Below are positions 47,404 through 58,195 of a stretch of 64,000 nucleotides of DNA, piece by piece (the first letter of the stretch is position 1; each line of letters begins with the position of its first letter). The notes beneath the pieces were generated by a model. The model was not told the DNA's origin. It was given only the letters and a program-made list of their open reading frames with translations, and did not search any database. The DNA is taken from NCBI GenBank assembly GCA_027923505.1, contig BROI01000001.1, positions 992,001-1,056,000 of the forward strand. Reading direction: 5' to 3'. The position numbers were made by a program, and so were the translations under genes. The stretch comes from Mayamaea pseudoterrestris (taxonomy: Eukaryota).

Positions 47404-47672
47404 TGCGTACAAGTTGGCTATACTTCTGCATCGTAGTAGTCGATTGAGTTGTTTGACATGAAGGACGAAGACGGTACACATGACACGGAGTTGTGGCTAC
47501 ATGTTGGTGAACAAGCTTGTCAGATAGCCGTCACTCTGGCTTGACAATCGTTGAAAATTTGCGCAGCCAGTACCGTCCGCGAAAACAATTACTACTAAAA
47601 GACTATATGAAAAACATATTGAAAACCGAGATTAGTAAAATTGTAAAATTGTATCCTGCGCTTGGGATAGAC

Positions 47673-49757
47673 TCACGCTACTTGTAGCGACAAATTGGCG
47701 TCGCGGCGACGAGACGATCGGGAACCGGAGCGGGACGACGTATCGTTCACCACAACAATTTCTCCCGTTTCAGGATTGACGCGACGATCCACGCCCCAAA
47801 GTAGACTGCGATGTCCTCGAATGCTGATGAACACACTTAACAGACTTGATGACATGACTGTAAGACCCATGATCAAAAAGGCTTTTTCGTAGTAGAGATT
47901 TCGAATGGCCCACCCGAAGCAGACGGCACCAACGTTTCCTCCTGCTCCAACTATTCCAATGACACTACCCATGTGGCGGGGATTTACATATGGAACTGTG
48001 GCATCGAAAAAAGTTGATAGAATGTGAGCCAATAGGATCTATATAAAAAACATTTGAACAGCGAGCCAGAATGGCGTATATCTGTGAAGTAAACTTACCA
48101 ATACCAAAGCAAGTTCCATCGGCCGCCTGAACAAATAATGAAAAGATGACCAAAGTAATAATCGATGCACCCAAAGACTTGGAATGCTCAAAAATGAGGA
48201 TGAAGCAACCTTCACCCAACAGACAAATCGATTGAATCCAAAGACGCCCTCGCATGCCATACTTTTGCATGCCGAAATCGGAGAGCGCTCCACCAAGGGC
48301 TCGAGCAAAGAGGTTGAGCCACCCAAAGATCGATGCCAACGAGGCGGCTGCTTCCTTCGACTGTCCCAAAACGTCATGGAAGTAGTGTTCCGCCGCTACC
48401 GTCATGGTCAATTCAACGCCGAAGCTACAAGCATATTGGGCACACAACAGCCATGTGTTTAAATCCGTGGCTGCTTCTCTAAAGCTCTTGACGGCCGACA
48501 CCGGAGAAAGAACTCCTTGCTTCTTGAGTTCGCTGTAGTTACCTTTGGGAGAATCATCAGATCGAAAATAAACAAAGATGCCCGTAACGACGCCGACCAT
48601 GGCTGGTAGCACGCAAACGGTTCGCCACGCCAAGTCGTCATTGCCTCGGTAAATGGCAGTGAACATGGGCAGAAGAATGAGTGTGACAATGAGATTCGTC
48701 GTTCCGGCAGCAACGTTTCCCCAACCAGCAGCCAGACCATTGGCGGTGCCCACAATATTCTTTGCAAACATGCGACTCGTCCAAAACTGATTCATGACGA
48801 AGACGCCTCCATTAATACCAATGAAGGCTCGAAGGATGATCAATCCTCTAGCCGAGTTAACAAAGCCAGTGCAGGCGGTTGGTATTGCGCCAGCGATGAG
48901 TATCCCACTCACAAGCACGCGAGGACCGTACACATCGCACAGTGGGCCTATTGACAAAAGGGGCGAATATTCGGTATGAGAAACAAACATAGCAACGGAA
49001 TGATATAATTGAGGTCGTATATGCCAAAACGATGCTCACCAAGAATGAGTCGGACGAGAATGGTCGATCCGAATCCAGCAAGTGTTGAGTCCCAAAGCTC
49101 AGCCTTTGTTAGATCGAGAGTCGCCTCTATCTTTGGCAGAAGCGGAACAATTGAAAACCATCTGTCGGGAGAAAAAGAACGACGCTTAGAATTGGTGCTC
49201 ACACAGCGAAGAAAGGAGCAGCAAATAATATGCTCTGAATGCTACATACAAGAAGAACGCCACGCTAAAAGAGAACCAGGCAGCATGGAATGAGCGTGAG
49301 TGTGGACGCTGAAGGCTGCAGAGTAGAATCTCCTTAGACTTGTCGTCCTGTTCCGGATCAACTTCCACATTGTAGTATTTGAACTTTCGCCATTGCAGAT
49401 TCGTCGGCCCAGCCTGATGGAGCAAAGAACGCAAGATTAGAAACGGATGCCAAAAAACAGAAGTTACAAGGACGGCATCCTCTAAAGCTTCGAATGATCA
49501 AGAACATGACGGCAACTCGTCAAGCTCAATCTCTTTCACCGTGATTGAGGACATAATGGAATGGGGTCGGCGACGAGTGACGAGCCGAGGCAGGAGGCCC
49601 ACGCCCACCAGGCCAAGTGTTTCGCATTCAGCAGAGATGCATGCATCTGAAAGGCAGCATCAGCACTCACCAACGAGACATCAAGATCGTTCACGCTTTC
49701 GTCTTCATCCTTCATCTTCCTTTCCAACTCTCGCATAGACTGTGAGGTCTGTTCCAT
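47673..49757 (-). CDS. NRT2: High-affinity nitrate transporter (NRT2/NNP family, MFS), multi-exon
   Basis: RPHSRSFHAAWFSF, GPLCDVYGPR, VGTANGLAAGWGN, QYACSFGVEL, NLFARALGG, GIVGAGGNVGA; first introns 49414-49670 and ~49162-49249 are in phase. Confidence 0.93.
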
Positions 49758-50348
49758 GGTGAGGATCGAGTTGATTTCACCAGGATTGTTTCTTGCTCGC
49801 GACAAGCAGCCGTGTGACAAGCTTATCGTGGTTCGTACATTATCATGATATATATTTAAAAATGATAGAACTCAAATACTATAGTTTCAAAGTGTATAGA
49901 GGTCATTGCAATAGGCTTTTGGCCCAAAAAAGGGCATAAGTCAACCTTGCTTCCGGAACAATGACTCTTGATGCCGTCACACGAGAAGAAGTTTCGCGGC
50001 GCCTAGATCGCATCCATGCTCTGAACCATTGTCGCGATCGCCCTTTAGGCCGCCCGAATGACCACACAAGCGTTCATTTTTATTACGGAGGTTGGTGTCA
50101 TTTTCATGGGTATGACAAAGTACAAGTGAACAGGAAGGATAGCTTGCGCATCGCTTGTTGTTAATGGTCACTTATAACACGCTGTTCCGTTGTACCTGAA
50201 TGCCATTATTTGGCATAGATGTAGATGCATCCTAACTCAAGTGAAGAGCCTAATATTTAAGGCCAGACAGAGAGTATTTTAGCAATTATAGTTTTATGTA
50301 CATATATTTGGTAGACTAATGTGTTGATAGCAACCAGCAGAGCACTGA

Positions 50349-50840
50349 TCAAACTTCTCGTGGACAGAAATACGAACTTGTAGTGGAGGCCATATGCTTA
50401 TCACTCACCATCGCCACTTCCATCCGTACTTGTCTACAATTGTTCTCAAGAATCAGACCCTTCAGGGAACATGTATCCTGTATAGCAGCCGCATGATAGC
50501 AAGTATGCCTCCTTTGTCGACTGTTATTTCCTACAACACCTGCTCCTCGCAACGGCATGATTGGGATGCAATCATTTTTGGCTGAGGTCAACACAGATTT
50601 GACAAAATCTACTGAAACGCGTCGGGTGGGAGACACATGTCGGACAGGTCGTCGCGGTTTGGTGTCACTGTATTGTGAGGAGCTATGATCTGATGTATCC
50701 AAGGACTGCTTGCGAAGCGGCCGCCGTGGCTTGATGTCCTGATGAGGACTCGACGGAAGGTGATCTAAAACAATCTGTAGCTCGTGCCGCTTGCCATATT
50801 CCATTCTTGTAGGGATGAAGATGGCTTGAATAGGCGGCAT
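50349..50840 (-). CDS. Hypothetical protein with repeated DxxPxxPxR(xxS) motifs
   Basis: 163-aa ORF containing DIKPRRPLRKQS, DTKPRRPVRHVS and DCIPIMPLR. Confidence 0.55.
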   Translation of the reverse strand: MPPIQAIFIPTRMEYGKRHELQIVLDHLPSSPHQDIKPRRPLRKQSLDTSDHSSSQYSDTKPRRPVRHVSPTRRVSVDFVKSVLTSAKNDCIPIMPLRGAGVVGNNSRQRRHTCYHAAAIQDTCSLKGLILENNCRQVRMEVAMVSDKHMASTTSSYFCPREV

Positions 50841-51345
50841 GTTGGTTTTGGAGAAGCGAAAGTTGAGACAATGAGGGCATCTGCGGATGGTGCGTTTGAC
50901 ATTAAACCCCGGAGCTGCGGGAAACGAACAGAAAATGAACTAAACACACAACAAGCTTACTTTATCCTCTTCTACGCTCTACTCTCATTCTCCATCCATG
51001 TTGTCATTGTCGTATCATCTTCTCCGCCCATCAAGAAGGCGACCGACACATAATGTTGCGCCGTTGTGCATCACATTTGGCGTACCAGTTCTGCCCTCCA
51101 TACGGAACTGGATCCGTTATTGCTTCACAGCAAGCACAATAACCTACCTGTAGTCGTACTCAAGATTGCCGTCACGCTTGCGAGCATACAAGACAATCCT
51201 TGTGCCACTAGCCCTTGCCCCAGCGCTCACTTCACCATGGTCAAACCATTGCCAGTCTCTTGTCGATGGGTCATGAATCGTACACATTCATCCACAGTGC
51301 CAACGAAGAACAGACACGAACGCGAAGCCGTTAAGTAATCAAATA

Positions 51346-51881
51346 CCGTTTCGGATAAACTTTTAATGTGCGAAAAGTGTACGATATTTGTCCGAATAAA
51401 TCGTACACTTTTCGTATATAGTAAACATGTACGAAAAATGCATCCATGGCGATTTGTGCTAACTTTGAGCCCCTCTATCTCCATGATGGCAAGTCGCGGG
51501 ACCAAACCAACTATATGAGCTAATAGAGGAGGAAAAGATCTTTTAAACGACCGAAGGCTTTTCTCTCATTCAGTATGTTGAGGGAGATATGATGACTGAA
51601 CGTATGTGTGTTTGCCTCTAAAACTCCAATTCGTACATTCTTTGAACATCAATATCTTTATAACCACAAAGAGTTTTGCTACCAAATTGATACATTAGAT
51701 AGAGCACAGTATCCTATTTAAGTTGATATAATGGGGTAGTCTCGGAGCCAGTACTGGTGGAGAGATCCCGCGGCAAACTTTGTTCGAATTATTCGTATAT
51801 AAGAATTTTGTCGGAAAAACTCGTACATAATTCGGGCATAATTCGCACATTTATTAGGCATAAATAATTTATCCGAAGCGG
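51346..51881. mobile_element. MITE, Tc1/mariner-pogo-like (TA target duplication)
   Basis: TA|CCGTTTCGGATAAA ... TTTATCCGAAGCGG|TA (13/14 inverted match); further inverted block AATGTGCGAA/TTCGCACATT; AT-rich, non-coding, 536 bp. Confidence 0.8.
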
Positions 51882-52588
51882 TACACAACATATATGCCCT
51901 ATTCATGGCTTGAGTAGCAAGGCTTATATAGTTACTTCCTTTCATTGGTGGGTGTCAAGTGTGCATCACGATGTGGCGCACGGAGCGCTTCCACGCTGCG
52001 CGATGGAAGAAAGGAACCACCATGGGGATCGAGCGCTCAAGCACGCAATTTCAAGCGTCCCTTGATGCTATGGATTACCGCAACCCTGCCCACTGCCTTT
52101 GGAAGGTGAAACTGATTCGGGCTTGTAGACATGCATATGTATTCCACTTGTAGAGCTGCCATAGCGACAGTCGTCTGTCGTCGGCGAGCAGAGCAAGAAA
52201 AGCTTGCTGCTCTTCGTATTGCAGGACTCAATCATAGAAAGGCAGTTTCTAAAATATAGCTCTATAGAAGACTGTATTAATATTCATTCAATCGAGAGTT
52301 GATTTCTGTTAGAATCCCGCAGCTCCCCCGCCTTCGGTGTATCCATTGTGACACATCCGTACCGGTACTGCACGAAGAATGTCCGAGAATGTCCGAAAAG
52401 ACATAATGAGCAGAATAATGTCCCGCACACGCGATCGTGACAAAAATGCGAGCGACGAAAAGGCCAATCACAAGAGCCGGCATGAATCGGCGACGTATGC
52501 TTTACACGATCCACCGGTACGTAGGTGACAACGTACTGCCGGTCGTCAACGCAGCAATACCGGTCATCCATCGCATGACATTCATTTT

Positions 52589-52875
52589 TTGTGGTAGGAT
52601 CTATCCGGACATGCTTCACGACATTAATTGAGGCTCTGCCATTGCGACATGAATGATTGCTCTTCGCGTGCGTCTGCGCAATGCCGTTGACCCTCTCTGC
52701 GACATCTGCTACCTTGCATGAGACAGTTATTGGCAAGTGATGGAGCAAGTTACTTTGAATCCGTAAAGCTACTTTAATCCATTAGTACATAGTATTTGCG
52801 CGCGCGAAGCGCGCGAATGCCCCTGATCCCTTTCAAAAGCGTTGATCCTACCACCTCCCCGCTCCGCGAATGTGT
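52589..52875. repeat. Uninterrupted copy of the dispersed repeat split by the hAT element at 16295/21113
   Basis: Collinear blocks match 15795-15853, 16241-16295 and 21106-21130 (CCACCTCCCCGCTCCGCGAATGT vs CCACCCTCCCCGCCCCGCGAATGT). Confidence 0.75.
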
Positions 52876-53144
52876 TAGCTATGCGACCAATACTTTCCGC
52901 GAAATTGTTGCGGTAAAAGTTGGAGTCAGAGGTATTTTTTTGTCTCTCGTCTCGTGAATGACAAACACGACCGCCTGCAAAGAGCCAAGAAATAAATCGC
53001 TGCATAATCCTCAATAAAGAATTATCCTTTTCATATTTCGAGGGCGGGCTAGTGAATTATGTGGTATGTCGACGAGCCTAAAGTCTAAAGATTGTTTTGT
53101 TACGCTTCGCAAGTGCATGTGCATCATCGCCCACGTCGCCCTAA

Positions 53145-56010
53145 TTATTTATTGACTGCCGACAAGCGTTGTATCAAACGGTCTAGTGCTCGCCTGGAAA
53201 GCTGCTCTGTGATGTCGTCAAACCGAGTCCTTGCCGCAGGATCCAATGAAGCCAAGGCTTCAATGATCTCCTTGTTAACGATCGCGCTTTCCGCTGAATC
53301 CCGCCCACCAGTTTGTATAGTATCAATTGCGTTACCGACAAATTGCAGCGCAGATCTCGCAGCGTCATTGTCCAGCAATCCATTTCGGCCAAGTACTCCA
53401 GAGCGAAGGGCTTGCAAAGCAATTTGGACGGTCTGCGGATCAATCACCTTCTCGCCCTTGATTAAAGAGCCGATATTTTCACCAAAAAACTCCTTAGCAC
53501 CTTCACCAACTCCAATGGCAAAAATTTCTTCATCTTGATCCAGTTTAGGCGCCACAACATCAATAAGGTCTTTCAACGTGAGCATTCTAATTGACGGCAC
53601 ACCAACAGACCCATTAGCGTCTAGCGAAGGAAGTAGTATTGGCAGTGGCACTTGATCTAGCGTGGGTGTCGGAGGAAAGATATCACCAAAGAAGGGCAGC
53701 GCCGGAGGACGCGGCGGCGTCAGTGCAATCATGGCTTCCGTCGCGCCTCGCCGGAAGACTTGTCGACTAATGACATCAACTACTGCATCAACTTCCTTCT
53801 CCAGAAGCCCTCGCAAGCCTGCCGCATTGTCGGACAAAAGATAACTTAGTCCTTCTTGCAGTGAAATACCATTCTCTGGCACCTGATTAATATCGACAAA
53901 TGCTGCACCGTCCTGACGGGCGACCTCGCCTGCCGCATTGTTCAGCAAGGCCAGTAATCGCGTCAGTTTGAAGCCCGCACTACCGCCACCGTCGTTTGAA
54001 TACAAAACTTGCTGCAAAGCCTTTTGTATTTCTGGCCGACCTTCTCGCATAAGCTTTCGAGCAACAAAAGGATAGCTTGCTTGAATTATCGCGTAGTTTT
54101 CGTCGCCTGTCAACGCAATCCCTTCCAGCGTGACAATCGCTCGTCCCAACAAAGCAAAGTATGGCGGAATCGTAAACGGAATATCGTTCAAAACAGTTAA
54201 CGCATCTATTCAACAAAGAAATGAGTTAAAAATGCTGCATTGTCTGGCTGTACACGACATCACACTACTACCGTTGGGCCTCCTTACCTTGCGTCATGGC
54301 TTGAAACCCACCAACTTGCGACTGCATCGACCCGCTCTCCATGCCATAAATCTTTTTCAACTCTTTCTCGTAGTTCTTAGCGCCTCCACCTTGCACATAC
54401 GGACTCAAGGCCTTGTCCATTAATGGAATAATGGCCGCGCGATCCGAGTCCAAAGGTAAAATACCCAAACCGATAAAGTCATCAACGAGACTGGCATAAT
54501 CCTTATTAGCCAAGTGAATCACGGCGGAAATCATGTTGTCACGATCCTTCATGTCAATGGATGCCATCAAACCGCAATCAATTAAAGCGATCTTGGCACC
54601 TTCGGGTGTTGGCTCGTTCAGCACCAATATGTTGCCTGGATGAGGATCTGCCGGTTTACATCGGAGGAGAAGCTGAGCTCACGAAGGCTGTGAAAACGCT
54701 TCTGCAATCAAAGATTTATAAGACTTACCAGCATGAAAGAACCCCAATTCGAACAACTGCGTCAGGAACGCTTCCTGCGCAAGCGGTGTCACTTCGTTGA
54801 CAACTTCCGCCGGCACGCTACTCAGCTTCGTCCCATCAATCCACTCGCTTACCAAGATGCGACGAGTACACAGGTGATCAAAAGTCTTTGGTACAATCAC
54901 GCCCGTGACATTTTGTGCTATCAACAGCTCTCGCAACTTTCGCTGGTTTGCTGCCTCATTTTGTAAATTGAGTTCCGTGTAAAAGCCAATAGCCCACTCA
55001 TTCAACAACGCCACGTAGTTCGTTTTTTGCTGCGGAGCGAATCGATCCACCAGTCCCTGCCATACTTCAGCGGCTCGCCGCAATACATACAAATCCTTAC
55101 TGACAGTGCCCAGAACGTTTGGCCGCTGCACTTTGATGGCAACTGGAGTTTGAAACTCATCATTCAAGGTTGCCTTGTATACTTGCGCCAAGCTTGCCGC
55201 TGCTACTGGCTCCTGACTAATCGAGGAAAAGAATTGTCCAAGCGGCCCACCAAGTTCCCGTTCAATTTGGGCAACAGCCACAGTCGTATCAAACGCCACG
55301 ACGGAATCTTGCAACAGTTGGAGCTCCTCCAATGTTGCCTGCGGCAACACATCAGGACGAACACTCATGACTTGTCCAAGTTTGATAAAGGTGGCACCAA
55401 GGTCCTGCAGATCAATTCGTGCTTGCTTGGAGAGTGCTGGTATTTCTGCATCAGTAATTTTTCCATCGCGGATCCATAGCGTTACAATTTTGGTAAGAAA
55501 TGGAACCGTCTTGCCAACAAACTCAGCCCATCGTTTCTGTAGTGCACCCCGCTCTTTGGTCCAGTATCGTTCAATGAGTTCCTTATTGTATGTGAGTGGC
55601 AAACCTTCCTCGTCGAGATTGCTAGGATCATTCGCGTCATCTCCACTCATGGCAATGTAGGTTTTGCTCGTGTCGGGCGCTTCCAAACTCTTCATGGCCA
55701 CGGCAGCGTTGACTGCCGCAGTCGCTACGGCGGCAGCTGATGCGAGTCCACCGCTTGCTAGTCGTGACGAGAATGAATTGTTCTTTTCTTGCTTTGATGG
55801 CTGCTGTTGTGATCGATTGCTGTTTCGAAGCGAGTGCGTCGACTCGAGTTCCTGCTGCTCCTTGGTAGGAGTTGACATGTGCAGATGGGATGTCGAAGAT
55901 GTTGCAGCATGATTGCGTCCTTGTGACTGTATTGAGGGTGCAAATGAATGTAAATGTTCGAGGAGCAAGAAAAGTATTGCGATGCTTGAGGCAGCGTGTT
56001 TAGTCAGCAT
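53145..56010 (-). CDS. ABC1/UbiB atypical kinase (ABC1K), plastid-targeted; introns 54648-54728, 54206-54287
   Basis: Signal peptide plus LHS-FAP; LGATFIKLGQ, PVAAASLAQVYKA, AIKVQRP, spliced FFHADPHPGN, IDCGL, IPPYFALLGRAIVTLEGIAL. Confidence 0.94.
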
Positions 56011-56615
56011 GACGGTATATCAAAGTAAATATTGTTGCGGTTTGTGGTCAAGGCTCAATGCTCAGAGGAGGTGCGGAAGAGCGGCTGAAATGCGCGATAA
56101 AAGGGGTCGTGTATCGATGACTGGACAGTTCACTGAGCTTCACTGCTTATGTTTGTCCATGTCCTGGCTGACTGGGCGATGATTCCATGTGCTTCATGAC
56201 GATCGAACAAGAACCATCATCGTCGTCATGAGCAAACGAACGAATGAGTCGGCCATTCGAAAACGTGGCGAAGAGCGCACGCACAGGTCGCAGCGGAACT
56301 CATCTGTGTCACGCGTCGCATCGGTTCAAAAGCGCGGGCGCCGCGGCTCCGCGCTTCCATCGACCACCATGACTGTTCAAGCCGCTCTTTTGTGCCAAAA
56401 GGATGAATGACGCGTCGGGCTATGCGATTCATTGACATAGATTATACACAATCAGACAGACAGCTTTATTGTGAAGCCATACGCATTCAAAAAACAATTA
56501 CGCTCAGCCAGCTACTTGTCTACTGACTACTCCAATTTTTAATCTCCACGTCCACGTGAAAGCTTACATTAACCTGTATTAAGCAACAAAACTACCGTTC
56601 TTACTATAAACCACA

Positions 56616-57589
56616 ATGCCCCGATTTCGAGATGAATGGGTCGTGGACCGCGTCTTGTTTGACTACATGGCTGGCGGCTCCTGCGCCTGCTGTGGCTTTT
56701 CCTTTCTACCCAATGGAACGGCCGACCTGGTGCACGCCGTTTCGGACATTGACACGGACGCGGCCAATGACGAAATTCAGGCCATGAAGCACGATCCATG
56801 GCCTAAGGAACTTCGAGACCAGATATGGGCAGATCGAGTGCGACTGAGGCAAAAAGCAAAGTTGCGAATGAAGACGTATCAAGCGTTCGTAAATGAGCAG
56901 TTTGATGAATTTGCAGATTGGATGAAGCAGCAAGGAAACTTGAATCGCATGCTTCAGTTGCCTCGAAGTGAAATTATGAGTGTTATTCGTGGGAGTCTGT
57001 ATGATGTGAGTAACGTTTGGGGTATTCGAATTGCTTCAGACGGTCGGAGTACGATTGAGTGAATTAATCGCCTTAGTAAATCTTTTCATGTGGCGCAATT
57101 CTCACCGCCTGCTTTTTCAAACTTTTGCAACAGATACATTCTGCGTACGCGGTGGTTCTAGATATTGTCATGGAGCAGGTAGCGTTCTTTTCCTTGACCG
57201 AATATGGCCCGGATGGTCGGTCCGCTGACGAGCTCGCATTTGAGCAACAATTACTGCAGTTTGACAAGCGAGGAGGTTTTGTATTGAAATTGCTGAATGA
57301 TGATGGTTCTAGTAGTGAGGAGTTGCTGAATATGTGGCTACAACGAATCAAGTCACTCGGTGGCCCAAAGCTATTGGATCGGGGACCGTCCAAGGAAGAC
57401 GAGGCCGAGGAAGGGTTCGACGCAGACGCTGGACCGTCAATAAATACTAAAACTGAGCAGCAAGCTTCTACGGGTGCTAGCTTTCAGTCAGATCGACGGA
57501 TCATCCGACTAATTATTGCGAGATTTTGGGCTGATTTGTTGATGGATAAGTTTGCGGAAGCAAAACGAGCCAAGTCGATTGAAGTTTGA
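56616..57589 (+). CDS. Hypothetical protein with N-terminal CxCC motif; intron 57006-57133
   Basis: Two ORFs joined in phase by GTGAGT...CAG; MAGGSCACCGF motif. Confidence 0.7.
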
Positions 57590-58195
57590 TAGCCTGCATT
57601 GCAGCTGTCACCACCACGTACTAAAACAAAATTGCAGCCATGCGAGCGAGAGCTTAACTTTGGTAAATCATGCTACTAGGACCCTGTGCGCTATGCGCTA
57701 CTGTTCATTTGTCAGACCCATTCGACGCACCAAAAGTCTCTCTTCGCGCTTAGTTCGTTGACAACGCCATTTCAACAGCTTTAATCTCCTTTACCTGGTG
57801 GTTTGGTGAACAGATTGTAATATCGGTAGAGCTACCGGTATTATGCTGGTAGAAGTCGTCGTGTGCCTTATGTGTGCAGTCGTGCCGTCGATGCTAATCC
57901 AGCAGCGAATGTTTACCAGTACAGTCAAACCTATACAATGATTACTACTGTAAAACAAACAGTCCTAATTGTTTCATGGGGCATAAATTTAATTCGGGTC
58001 ATGTGAAGGCCTTTCGTCGAGCGCCGGGCGAGCCGCCGATTTTGCAAGAATTGATCCGATGGAATCACAAGACTGGCTACAAGCTTGGACATTAGCCGAC
58101 ACGGACGCTTCGTAGCTGCAGAGCAAGCAATACAAAGGAAGCAATAGAAAGCTGACAAGATTGACAGCGCGAAGAGGTGTATTATTTAGAAAGAG

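Noticed and set aside
11645..56010. Apparent clustering of plastid-targeted genes (GPI, PPO, FAD4, fibrillin, ABC1K)
   Set aside because: Spread over 45 kb among unrelated housekeeping genes; compatible with chance.
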